From contig CACWIW010000015.1 in the NCBI GenBank assembly GCA_902761035.1, forward strand, positions 1,586 to 65,585: DNA of 64,000 bases, in the 5' to 3' direction. This DNA comes from an uncultured bacterium. GTDB taxonomy: Bacteria; Verrucomicrobiota; Kiritimatiellia; RFP12; UBA1067. Position numbers and translations under genes: made by a program. The notes beneath the pieces were generated by a model. That model was not told the origin of the DNA and made no database searches. It worked only from the letters and a program-made list of their open reading frames with translations. Of this stretch, positions 41,338-49,814 are shown piece by piece (position 1 is the first letter of the stretch; every line of letters begins with the position of its first letter).

Positions 41338-42270
41338 TTACGAATTGGCCATGTGTACGCTGAGCTGCGGGAACGGAATCGAGATGCCCTCGCGCTCGAA
41401 CGCCTCCTTGACCGCCTGCTGGGCACCGGAGAATACGGTCCAATAGTCCGCACATGCCGCCCACGGGCGCACGTTGATCGTCACAGAAGATTCGCCGAGC
41501 AATCCGACGGCCACGGTCGGCGCGGGGTCGGGCAGCACGCCGGGGACCTTCGCGAGTGCCGCTCGTGCCGCAGACACGGCCTTCGTGAGGTCGGTGCCGT
41601 AGGCGACGGCTACGACGGTGTCCACACGACGCTTGCCGAGCGCGCTGAAGTTCGTGATCGCGCTGCCCCAGACGGATGCGTTCGGCACCGTGATTTTCTT
41701 GTTGTCCGCCGTTGCAAGTACCGTTGCCATCATGTTGAGTTCAATTACGGAACCCTCCACGCCGCCTGCGATGATGTAGTCGCCCACCTTGAACGGGTGG
41801 TTGAGAGCGATCATCAGTCCACTTGCAAGGCTTCCGAGAGACTCCTTGAACGCGAAACCCAGCACGACTCCGGTTACGCCGAGGCTCGCCACTAGCGGCC
41901 CCACGTCCACCCCGAGGCGGCCCAGCGCGACGACGAACAGGATTGCCCAGCACGTCTTCGAGACGACGCTGCAGATGAACGTGCGCAGAAGCTCGTCCAC
42001 GCGCTTTGCCTTTGAGAGGGATTTCCGTACCGCCGCGACGATGCCTTTCACGACGAGCCCGCCGACGAACAGTATCAGCACGGCTGAAAGCAGGTTGACG
42101 GCCAGGTCAAGACCGTTCTCGGTCAGCCATGTCGTCGCCTGCTTAAAGGCCGCCTGGCCCTCCGCCGCCTGCCGGCTCACGGTATCAACAAGCTTTGCAC
42201 CTGCCGTCTGTGCGGCGCACGTGAGCGCGTTGGTCGTGTTTGCCGCTGCTTCAACTACTTCGTTTGTCAT
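41338..42270 (-). CDS. mscS: Small-conductance mechanosensitive channel (MscS family)
   Basis: 310 aa starting at ATG 42270, with RBS AAGGAG upstream on the minus strand. The 515-aa ORF in the track extends spuriously into the upstream gene. The motif GVTGVVLGFAFKESLGSLASGLMIALNHPFKVGDYI is present. Confidence 0.9.
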   Translation of the reverse strand: MTNEVVEAAANTTNALTCAAQTAGAKLVDTVSRQAAEGQAAFKQATTWLTENGLDLAVNLLSAVLILFVGGLVVKGIVAAVRKSLSKAKRVDELLRTFICSVVSKTCWAILFVVALGRLGVDVGPLVASLGVTGVVLGFAFKESLGSLASGLMIALNHPFKVGDYIIAGGVEGSVIELNMMATVLATADNKKITVPNASVWGSAITNFSALGKRRVDTVVAVAYGTDLTKAVSAARAALAKVPGVLPDPAPTVAVGLLGESSVTINVRPWAACADYWTVFSGAQQAVKEAFEREGISIPFPQLSVHMANS

Positions 42271-44075
42271 TTCTTTTTTCTCCTTTTGTAGACCATCATG
42301 AGGTTGCGGCCCTTGAAGGCCAGACATACCACGAGAAGCGCGAATACGGAGAGCAGTATCTCCGAGCCGTCGACGAGCCCGTTGATCGGCGTCGGAAGAT
42401 TGCTCTTTAGAGACGGGAAGACAAGGCTCGCGAGGTTGAACAGTAGTACCGTCGCAGATACGAACAGCACAGACCAGAAAAGCCATGTGCGCAGTGATGC
42501 GTTGAACGACGGCAATTGCGCGGGCTTCGGTGCGGGCAGCGTGGGCAGCGGCGGCAGAAGGGCCCCATCCTGCTGTTTCGGCATTGTGCGCTGCACTTGG
42601 ATCTTGCCGGACGCCGTGCGAGGGAAAGGCTCTTTGCGCGTGATGGCGTGTTTGATGCGCTTGTGGACAGGAAGTTGTCGGTTCAAGGAGTCGATCTGCC
42701 TCTTTACGGTCTCCTCGGATACTACGGCGTAGACTTCCGCCACGATCTCTCGCGTTGCGCCGTCTCCGTACACTACGGCTTCGTGAATGCCGGGTATTGA
42801 GAGGATTTTCTCCTCCAGTTCCTCCGGTGCCACCTTCTTGCCGGAGGAGAGCACGATCGTGCGAGAGGCGCGCCCCGTGATCCACACGTAGCCGTCTTCG
42901 TCAATGCGTCCGATGTCCCCTGTCCGGAACCATCCGTCCGCATCTAGCACGTCTGCCGTGCGCGTCGGCTCCTTGTAATAGCCCTTCAGTACGGCGGGGC
43001 CGCGCAGGAGGAGCTCGCCCTCCGGGGATACTTTCGCCTCCATGCCGCCGAAGCCGTTACAACACTTGCCCGCGCTGCCGGGGCGGGGATCGTCCACGGG
43101 AGCAAGGGAGTAGAGCGAAGTAGTCTCCGTGAGGCCGTAGCCGCCGAGCGGACGGATGCCGAGCGACAACAGCCTTTCGTATGTGCGGCGCGCGAGCGGT
43201 GCGCCGCCCACGAGGATCCAGTCTATCGGCGTGCCGAGCACGGTTTCCGCCGATGGACCGTGCTGGGCTATCTTGTTGGCAAGGATGTCCGCGAGCGCGG
43301 GCACTAGGAATAGATAGTTCGCGCGGAAGCGTGCCACCGCGTCGTAGATGCGGCGGAAGTCGGGGCACACGCCGAGCGACACGCCGTGCGCGAGCATAGA
43401 GTAGGTGGTGCAGAGTCCGAAGATGTGGTAGAGCGGCAGCAGCATGAGCGAGCGCGAGCCCGGCTGGAAGCCGAAGGCAGTCTGGGCGAACTCCGAGAAC
43501 GTGCGGATGCCACGCAGCGTCAGCTCCGCTCCGCGCGGCTTGGACGTGGTGCCGCTCGTGAACACGATCATCGCCGTCTCGTCCTCGTTACGCGGCGGGA
43601 GGTCGAACACGCTGTCATCGCCCATGTCGAGCGCCGCGCGCGCGAGGGCCATCAGTTCGTCCGCCTTGTGGGAGCCGAATCCGCCCACCACGAGGCCGGG
43701 CAGCAGACGCTCCACTTCGCGCGCCTTCTCCACGTAGAGCGCGCTGTGGACGAGGTACGTGGCGCCGGTGAAGGCGAGGCGGTCCACGATTTCCTGCGCG
43801 GAGAGGTTGACCTCAAGCGGCACCACCGTCACGCCGGCGAACAGCCCTGCCGCGTGCGCCGTAATCCACTCGTATGAGTTTTCGCCGAGAAGCCCCACCA
43901 CCGCGCCGGGGGCATAATGATTCACTATCCAGGCGATCTCCTCGATGTCCTCGGCGAATTCGCGCCAGGTGATGGGTACGGAACGGTCGCCGGCGGCGAT
44001 GAGGAATGCCGGTTCGTCCGGGCGCCCGTCCCGGTTCTGTCGGAATTGCTCCAGTAATGTAGTTGCGCGTGTCAT
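42267..44075 (-). CDS. AMP-dependent synthetase/ligase (long-chain acyl-CoA ligase-like) with two C-terminal TM helices
   Basis: The start is ATG 44075 (MTRATTLLEQ). Motifs: FTSGTTSKPRGA, GGYGLTET and WFRTGDIGRIDEDGYVWITGR. The C-terminal hydrophobic segments are WLFWSVLFVSATVLLFNLASLVF and ILLSVFALLVVCLAF. The stop overlaps the mscS start (ATGA). Confidence 0.9.
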   Translation of the reverse strand: MTRATTLLEQFRQNRDGRPDEPAFLIAAGDRSVPITWREFAEDIEEIAWIVNHYAPGAVVGLLGENSYEWITAHAAGLFAGVTVVPLEVNLSAQEIVDRLAFTGATYLVHSALYVEKAREVERLLPGLVVGGFGSHKADELMALARAALDMGDDSVFDLPPRNEDETAMIVFTSGTTSKPRGAELTLRGIRTFSEFAQTAFGFQPGSRSLMLLPLYHIFGLCTTYSMLAHGVSLGVCPDFRRIYDAVARFRANYLFLVPALADILANKIAQHGPSAETVLGTPIDWILVGGAPLARRTYERLLSLGIRPLGGYGLTETTSLYSLAPVDDPRPGSAGKCCNGFGGMEAKVSPEGELLLRGPAVLKGYYKEPTRTADVLDADGWFRTGDIGRIDEDGYVWITGRASRTIVLSSGKKVAPEELEEKILSIPGIHEAVVYGDGATREIVAEVYAVVSEETVKRQIDSLNRQLPVHKRIKHAITRKEPFPRTASGKIQVQRTMPKQQDGALLPPLPTLPAPKPAQLPSFNASLRTWLFWSVLFVSATVLLFNLASLVFPSLKSNLPTPINGLVDGSEILLSVFALLVVCLAFKGRNLMMVYKRRKKK

Positions 44076-44110
44076 ATATACTTTCGTTGGCCTAAAGGCG
44101 GCATGTGGAT

Positions 44111-44119
44111 AGTATACCA
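44111..44119 (-). promoter_or_regulatory. Extended -10 element for the minus-strand ligase-mscS operon
   Basis: The minus strand reads TGGTATACT (plus-strand AGTATACCA at 44111-44119), 35 nt upstream of ATG 44075. Confidence 0.35.
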
Positions 44120-44188
44120 TACTTCCCACGCTTCTACACGGCCAAACATGACCATGGTAGAGTGGCTGGTCACGCAAAATAAGAAATA

Positions 44189-44197
44189 TGGTACACT
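44189..44197 (+). promoter_or_regulatory. Extended -10 element for the FAD-oxidoreductase gene (divergent from the previous one)
   Basis: TGgTACACT (44189-44197). An AAGGAGAG Shine-Dalgarno sequence and ATG 44227 lie downstream. Confidence 0.35.
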
Positions 44198-44226
44198 ATT
44201 GGTCAAACAACCCGTAAGGAGAGTCG

Positions 44227-45570
44227 ATGGAAAAGAAGATGGGCGTGGTTTTCGATGGTAGGATGCGTGTGTTCTGCCTTGTGTTGACGGCATTTGCGGC
44301 AACTGCCTCGTGGGCGGAGGTCCAGATCGGCCGGTTGTACGACGTCGTGGTCGTCGGCGGCGGGCCGGCCGGAATCGGCGCGGCGCTCGCCGCGGCCAAG
44401 ACCGGCGCGAAGACCGCGCTTGTCGAGCGCGATTCCGTGGTCGGCGGGACGACGGTCCAGGCCAAGGTGTGCGACATGGGGCTCTTCAGCGCGTGGAAGC
44501 GGCCGATCATCGCGGGCCCGGCGTGGGATCTCGTGACGAACGCCGTGGCCGCCGCGCACGGGACGCTCCCCGACATCGCCGCGCAGCGTCCCGACAAGTG
44601 GATGGAAAGCTGCGTGCGCGTGGATCCGGACATCTATTCGCGCCTCGCGGAGGAGGCGCTGCGGAAGGCGGGGGTGACGATTTTCATGAACGCGGAGGTT
44701 TCTGCGGTCACGAGGACGGCGGATGGCTGGGACACGGGATTCGCCGTCGGACGGCAGGTCGTCGATGCGACGGGAAACGCCACGGTCGCCGCGCTCGCAG
44801 GGGCGAGGCGCGAGAAGTCGCCTGACGACCAGCGGCAGCCGGGATCGTTCTTCTTCTGGATTTCCTCGAAGGGCGCGAAGTTCGACTCGGCCGCGGTTGA
44901 CCGCGCGTTCAAGAAGGCCGTCGCGGCTGGCGAGCTTCTCCCGACGGACGTCCATGTGGGGATGGCGTACTTCATCCGCAAGGGCGGAGGTTCGGGGTGC
45001 TATATCCCGCTCGCGGACAATTCGACGCCCGGGGCGCGCGCGGCCACCAACAGGCGCGGAATCGAGGCGAGGGATCGCGTCCTCGCGTTCATCCGTCGCC
45101 AACCCGGACTTGAGAACGTGTCGCTCGTGTCGTCCGCGCGGGAAGTCGGCGTGCGCGAGACGTATCGCGTCGTCGGCGAGAAGACGGTCTCCGAACGCGC
45201 CTATCTTGACGGTATCGTCGAGGAAGACGCGCTGTGCTGGTCCTACTGGATGGTCGATGCGCACAGCGCGAAGAGGTCCCATGCGCGTCTCGTGTTCCAC
45301 ACGGATGGCAAGGTCGGCTCGGTACCGCTTGGCGCGATGATCCCGAAGGGCGTGGGCGACATGCTGGTGGCAGGCCGTGCGGTCTCAAGCGACCAGGGGG
45401 CGAACTCCGCCCTGCGCGTCCAGGCGTCGTGCATGGCGATGGGGCAGGCCGCCGGCGTCGTCGCGGCACTCGCCGCGGCAAGGCGCTGCGACCCGCGCGA
45501 AGTCCCGCTCGCGGACATAAAGGCCAGCCTTTCCAAGATCGGGCATATCGTCCCCGTCCCCGATTCGTAG
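44227..45570 (+). CDS. Secreted FAD-dependent oxidoreductase (FAD_oxidored/GlcG-type family)
   Basis: The signal peptide ends ...VFCLVLTAFAATASWA. The dinucleotide-binding motif is YDVVVVGGGPAGIGAALAAAKTGAKTALVERD. The region is very GC-rich, so the antisense ORFs there are judged spurious. Confidence 0.9.
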   Translation: MEKKMGVVFDGRMRVFCLVLTAFAATASWAEVQIGRLYDVVVVGGGPAGIGAALAAAKTGAKTALVERDSVVGGTTVQAKVCDMGLFSAWKRPIIAGPAWDLVTNAVAAAHGTLPDIAAQRPDKWMESCVRVDPDIYSRLAEEALRKAGVTIFMNAEVSAVTRTADGWDTGFAVGRQVVDATGNATVAALAGARREKSPDDQRQPGSFFFWISSKGAKFDSAAVDRAFKKAVAAGELLPTDVHVGMAYFIRKGGGSGCYIPLADNSTPGARAATNRRGIEARDRVLAFIRRQPGLENVSLVSSAREVGVRETYRVVGEKTVSERAYLDGIVEEDALCWSYWMVDAHSAKRSHARLVFHTDGKVGSVPLGAMIPKGVGDMLVAGRAVSSDQGANSALRVQASCMAMGQAAGVVAALAAARRCDPREVPLADIKASLSKIGHIVPVPDS

Positions 45571-45595
45571 TTGGATGACGAAAGAACTTTTGTTG

Positions 45596-45638
45596 AAAAT
45601 ATCTCCTAAATCATGTTTTAGGGTTTAGGAGATATTTT
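45596..45638 (+). terminator. Stem-loop terminator candidate
   Basis: A perfect 15-bp inverted repeat, AAAATATCTCCTAAA (45596-45610) pairing with TTTAGGAGATATTTT (45624-45638), has a 13-nt loop and ends in TTTT. It begins 26 nt after the stop. Confidence 0.6.
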
Positions 45639-45642
45639 GCTG

Positions 45643-45672
45643 TGGACTATAACCATCTATTTGTGGTACAAT
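45643..45672 (+). promoter_or_regulatory. Sigma70-like promoter candidate with extended -10
   Basis: TGGACT (45643-45648), an 18-nt spacer, then TGgTACAAT (45664-45672). ATG 45695 follows after AAAGGAAAAA. Confidence 0.4.
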
Positions 45673-45694
45673 ATGTGCGCAAAGGAAAAATAGC

Positions 45695-47140
45695 ATGAAA
45701 TATGCATTTTATGGACGTGAAGAGCAAATCGCCGATTTGGAGAGGTTGTGGAACAAGCGAACCTCTTCATTCGTCACATGCAGAGGTCGTCGGCGCATTG
45801 GCAAATCAACGTTGATTGAACGATTTGCCGAGGTGTCTGGTGCCAGGTTCATCATGATTGAAGGCTTGCGTCCGACGAAAAGCCTTTCAAATGCTGCGGA
45901 ACTGGCGCACTTCGCGGCGCAGTTGTCTGAAACTATCGGTGAGGACGTTGAAGTTCCGGCAAATTGGTGGAAGGCCTTTCTTGATCTTGATTCCGCGATC
46001 AGAGACGGCAAGCGTACCGTCGTGTTGCTTGACGAGATATCGTGGATGGCCCATTATGACCCGTCGTTCGCGGGAACGCTCAAGACCGCATGGGATCGGT
46101 ATTTGAAGAAACATCCAAAGCTGATTCTGGTCGTCTGCGGCAGCGTGTCTAGTTGGATAAGGGAAAACATAATCGACGACGGCGCGTTCTTCGGACGTCG
46201 TTCGCTGGACATCGTGGTTCCTGAACTGCCCCTCTCTGAGTGTGTGAAGTTCTGGGGCAAGTCGATCGAGCGCCTTGATCTGAGTGAAGTGATTGACATC
46301 CTTTCCGTGGTTGGAGGCATCCCAAGGTATTTGGAGGAACTTACGACGGCAAACAGCGCCAACGAGAACATACGCGCGATGGCGTTCCGTCCAAAGTCGA
46401 TCCTGCGGACGGATTTCGACGAGATGTTTCAGGATGCCATCACGAGACAGCCGACGATGTGCGCACGAATAATCCGTCTGCTTGTCGCGGATTCGATGAG
46501 CGCGTCCGAGATAGCGGCAAAGCTTGACATCGACCGTAACGGCAATGTCAACAAGGCGCTGTCGCAATTGGAGGAGGCTGGACTTGTCGCCTGCGATGAA
46601 GGCAAGAATCCAGAGACGGGTGAGGACCTTCGCGAGAAACGCTATCGCCTCAAGGACAACTACTGCAGATTCTACCTCAAGTACATCGAGCCTGAAAAGA
46701 ACGTCATCGACAAAGGACAGTATGAGCTTGGATCTTTGGATCAGCTGGAGGGATGGGATGGCGTGAAGGGTCTTGCGTTCGAGAATCTCGTGGTGAACAA
46801 CTGCGCGGCGCTTCGTCCATTGCTCGGAATCGGTAAGGCGACGATCACCTCCATCGCCCCATACCGGCGCGCTGGATCGAGGGACGGAACGAGAAGCGGA
46901 CTGCAGGTGGATCTGCTTCTCCAGACGCGCAGGGCGGTCTATCTCATAGAGGTCAAGCGCAAGCGTGAAATCGGAAGGGAAGTGATACGGGAAATGGAGG
47001 AGAAAGTTCGCCTTCTGCCGAAACGCCCCGGGGTGTCGGTGCGTACCGCACTCGTGTACGAGGGAAATCTCGCACCAATTGTCGAGGCGGATGGCTATTT
47101 TGATGCGATTATTCCGTTCCGCCGTTTGCTTGGAGTGTGA
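45695..47140 (+). CDS. ATP-binding protein: archaeal-type ATPase (ATPase_2-like) with C-terminal DUF234/PD-(D/E)XK-like domain
   Basis: Motifs: Walker A CRGRRRIGKST, Walker B VVLLDEISW, and the C-terminal QVDLLLQTRRAVYLIEVKRKRE (a D...E.K nuclease-fold motif). Confidence 0.85.
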   Translation: MKYAFYGREEQIADLERLWNKRTSSFVTCRGRRRIGKSTLIERFAEVSGARFIMIEGLRPTKSLSNAAELAHFAAQLSETIGEDVEVPANWWKAFLDLDSAIRDGKRTVVLLDEISWMAHYDPSFAGTLKTAWDRYLKKHPKLILVVCGSVSSWIRENIIDDGAFFGRRSLDIVVPELPLSECVKFWGKSIERLDLSEVIDILSVVGGIPRYLEELTTANSANENIRAMAFRPKSILRTDFDEMFQDAITRQPTMCARIIRLLVADSMSASEIAAKLDIDRNGNVNKALSQLEEAGLVACDEGKNPETGEDLREKRYRLKDNYCRFYLKYIEPEKNVIDKGQYELGSLDQLEGWDGVKGLAFENLVVNNCAALRPLLGIGKATITSIAPYRRAGSRDGTRSGLQVDLLLQTRRAVYLIEVKRKREIGREVIREMEEKVRLLPKRPGVSVRTALVYEGNLAPIVEADGYFDAIIPFRRLLGV

Positions 47141-47242
47141 CTACAGCGATCCCTGTCCTTCGGTGACTGTCATGTAGGCAGCCCACAGAGGGAATTATCT
47201 AGCCCAAAAGTGCAGAAATGTAAAATTTTTATGCCGAGGGGG

Positions 47243-47272
47243 TTGCGCGGGCGGCGGCTTCTTTGATATACT
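47243..47272 (+). promoter_or_regulatory. Promoter candidate with extended -10 upstream of giant beta-helix gene A
   Basis: TTGCGC (47243-47248), an 18-nt spacer, then TGaTATACT (47264-47272). This would give a ~170-nt 5' UTR before ATG 47442. Confidence 0.3.
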
Positions 47273-47441
47273 TACCCGCGATGCGGCGTAGTGTCACTAC
47301 AGGGTTGACAAGAGGTGATGAATATATTGCCAAAAGCCCGTGTAAATAAAAGGGGGTCGACGAATGCTCGATCTGGCGCACCGACTGCCACCCGCGTACG
47401 CTTCGCACACGAAGAATTTGAAACCCAAAAAGGAACAGGCA

Positions 47442-49814
47442 ATGAAGACACGAACCAGTCAAAACGGGGTAGCCGGGCTCATGTCCAGGCTCATCCACAA
47501 CATCAAGTCCGCGGCGCTCGCCCTCGCCGCGCTCGCCCTCGCCGCGCCGTCGGCGTGGGGAGCGTACACCTCCGGCATGCAATGGAAGGACGGAGTCAGC
47601 GGGAACTTGAACGCCGCCGTCAACTGGACGGGTGGGAAGGCTCCGGCGTCCGGCAATATCTTGGGATTCGTCAATTCGGGCGCCGGCGTTTCGTATGTCA
47701 CGAACAGCGCCGCCGCTTCATATCAGCCGCGGTTTGACAAGGGCAATTTCGTTCTTGTTGCAAGCAAGACACTCACGGCCAACAACGCCTTCCATCTTGC
47801 CAGTGGTGACGGCAATTATACAGGTCCGGCTTCCGTGACTAAATATGGCGATGTCGTGGCGAAGGGTTATCTGCATCTGGCGCAAGTAGCCAACTCTCAC
47901 GCCTACTTCACCAACATGACGGGAAGGCTCGTGGCAAATGACACCACGACTGGCGCACACCAGAACGGCCTTCGTCTTGCGACCGGTCAAGGCGCGGAGG
48001 CGGAATTCGTCATCCAAGGCGGATATGCGGTGTCGTCGAACGGCGTCACGATTGCGCATGGCAGCGACTCAACTGGGCGCATGATCATCAATGGTGGTTA
48101 TTTCTTCTCGTATGGAAACGGAAACGGCAAGAAGGTCGGCACGAACACGGTTGCCCATGCGTCGAACTCGACGGGACTGATCGAAATCAACGGCGGCGCG
48201 TACACGAACGAGAACTGGCTGTTCGTCGGCAATACGGCGGGGGCAACTGGAACGATACACGTGAAGAACGGCACCTTCAACCAGAAATGCACGACCGCGA
48301 ATTCGTTCGTCGTCGGCGGCGCACGCAGCACGGCATCGCATGGTTATTACATTCAGGAGGGCGGCACGGCCACGGCGGCGGCCGCAATGATCGTCGGCTT
48401 TGCGAATGGCGCGGACGGCCATGTGTTCATGAAGGGCGGAACTCTGAATCTCAACGGACAGAACCTCCATGTCGGCCCGACAAATGGCGGCTCTGGCGAG
48501 TTCGTCCAGAGCGGCGGCTCGGTCAACGTCAACATGGACTTCAAGCTCGGCAGGGCCGGTGCCGGTACGCTGACCGTCAGCAACGGCACGTTCACGGTCG
48601 CGAGCGGCAAGCAGATCTACATGTGCGAGGTCAACACCGGCAATGCGACCGTCAATCTCTGCGGCGGCACGCTTGTGACGAAGCACATGAGCATGGGCCC
48701 AGGCACTGCCGTTGTCAACTTCGACGGCGGCACGCTCAAGTCCAACAACACCAGCAACGATGGTCTGATTCAAGCCACCGTGCCGGTCAACGTCGGCCCC
48801 AAGGGCGGCACGATTGATACGGGCAACCGCGCCATCACGGTTCCGGCGGTTCTCGCGAGCGGCGTGAGCGGCGAGACCGACGGCGGCATGACGTTCAAGG
48901 GCGGCGGCACGGTCACGCTTACCGGCGTGAACACCTACACGGGCGCGACGGTGATCGACGCGGGCACGACGCTCCAGATGCCGGCGGCGAACAACCTTGC
49001 GGGCAATATCGTCGTCACGAACGCGACGTTTGCCGACTGTCCGCTTACAGTCCTCACGCTCACAGGCGGGAGCGACGTCGACGCCGCGCTTCTCGCGCGT
49101 TGCAGCCTCGCGGCGGACGCGCCCGATACGGTTGAGCTGACGGCTGACGGCGCGTCGGTGGTGGTTACAGCCAAAGCGTCCGTTCCTGTGACCGCCCGCA
49201 AGGTTTACGATTCGGGTGCGTATGTCTGGCGGTTCTACGACGTCAACGGCAACCTGATAACAGGAGCGGTCGATGAAAGCACTCTCGAAGCGGATTCCGT
49301 CACGGTGATCTTCGGATCGACCGCCGAACTGGCGGCGATTGGCACCGCCCCGGCGTGGGTTGGCGGCTGGCAGATGGCCTCGACGTTCGCGTTCGATCCT
49401 TCCTCTTCCGCCTCGCTTCCTGCGGGGTACACGTTTGACGCGGGGACGGTCATCGACCTGAGGGGCAGCAGCTGGACGCTTCCTGATGAGTGGAAGTCCG
49501 CCACGGTCGATTTCACCGTCACGAACAGCGTTGACGCGACGAAGGCCGTGCTGACGGTTGATGTTGCATCCGGCGCAACGTTCACCGAGACGCATCTCAC
49601 GCTTGGCGGCAACATTGAGCTGCGCAAGACCGGCGCGGGGACGTATGCCATGACGAAGGACCAGCAGCACACCGGCGGCTCGGTCGTCACGGCGGGCCCG
49701 CTGACCAGGGCTGGCACAGTGACGGTCGGCGTCGTAGCGGGTTCGTCGCAGAGCCTTTCCGTCGAGGGCGGGAGTTTCACCATGTCCGACAACGGAAGTC
49801 TGGTTGTCGGTTGA
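47442..49814 (+). CDS. Giant beta-helix surface protein A, N-terminal fragment (signal peptide plus autotransporter-associated beta-strand repeats); the gene is split by a frameshift
   Basis: ATG 47442 (the ORF opens at 47364) gives MKTRTSQNGVAGLMSRLIHNIKSAALALAALALAAPSAWGA, near-identical to the start of paralogue B. Repeated G-G-T-L/G-x-G-x-L beta-helix units follow. The fragment ends at TGA 49812-49814, where paralogue B reads on. Confidence 0.8.
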   Translation: MKTRTSQNGVAGLMSRLIHNIKSAALALAALALAAPSAWGAYTSGMQWKDGVSGNLNAAVNWTGGKAPASGNILGFVNSGAGVSYVTNSAAASYQPRFDKGNFVLVASKTLTANNAFHLASGDGNYTGPASVTKYGDVVAKGYLHLAQVANSHAYFTNMTGRLVANDTTTGAHQNGLRLATGQGAEAEFVIQGGYAVSSNGVTIAHGSDSTGRMIINGGYFFSYGNGNGKKVGTNTVAHASNSTGLIEINGGAYTNENWLFVGNTAGATGTIHVKNGTFNQKCTTANSFVVGGARSTASHGYYIQEGGTATAAAAMIVGFANGADGHVFMKGGTLNLNGQNLHVGPTNGGSGEFVQSGGSVNVNMDFKLGRAGAGTLTVSNGTFTVASGKQIYMCEVNTGNATVNLCGGTLVTKHMSMGPGTAVVNFDGGTLKSNNTSNDGLIQATVPVNVGPKGGTIDTGNRAITVPAVLASGVSGETDGGMTFKGGGTVTLTGVNTYTGATVIDAGTTLQMPAANNLAGNIVVTNATFADCPLTVLTLTGGSDVDAALLARCSLAADAPDTVELTADGASVVVTAKASVPVTARKVYDSGAYVWRFYDVNGNLITGAVDESTLEADSVTVIFGSTAELAAIGTAPAWVGGWQMASTFAFDPSSSASLPAGYTFDAGTVIDLRGSSWTLPDEWKSATVDFTVTNSVDATKAVLTVDVASGATFTETHLTLGGNIELRKTGAGTYAMTKDQQHTGGSVVTAGPLTRAGTVTVGVVAGSSQSLSVEGGSFTMSDNGSLVVG

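Noticed and set aside
41100-41340. The AT-rich repeat region considered as a tRNA, small RNA gene or simple bidirectional terminator.
   Set aside because: No cloverleaf or conserved tRNA boxes are present. The AT-rich 13-bp stems lack flanking T-runs, and the inverted pairs are arranged in an order incompatible with a single hairpin. A protein-binding array or repeat element fits better, so it is kept as a finding instead.
42271-42885. The N-terminal 205-codon extension of the MscS ORF (515 aa in the track).
   Set aside because: The extension overlaps the 3' part of the ligase gene in another frame and is Arg/Ser/Pro-rich junk. ATG 42270 has an AAGGAG RBS, an ATGA coupling to the ligase stop, and gives a normal 310-aa MscS.
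47134-47304. The direct repeat GTGT(G/C)ACTACAG at 47134 and 47291, flanking the intergenic region upstream of giant A, considered as possible element ends or target-site duplication.
   Set aside because: The match is only ~10 nt and imperfect. No inverted termini and no transposase or integrase gene lie between the copies. This is within chance expectation.
47305-47328. A perfect TTGACA (47305-47310) followed by TATATT (47323-47328), considered as a promoter for giant gene A.
   Set aside because: The spacer is only 12 nt, outside the functional 16-19 nt range. The TGaTATACT element at 47264 is a better candidate.
47229-47582. A 117-aa minus-strand ORF spanning the 5' UTR and start of giant gene A.
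   Set aside because: It overlaps the well-supported signal-peptide coding region of the plus-strand gene. It is Arg/Gly/Glu-rich and low-complexity, with no RBS.
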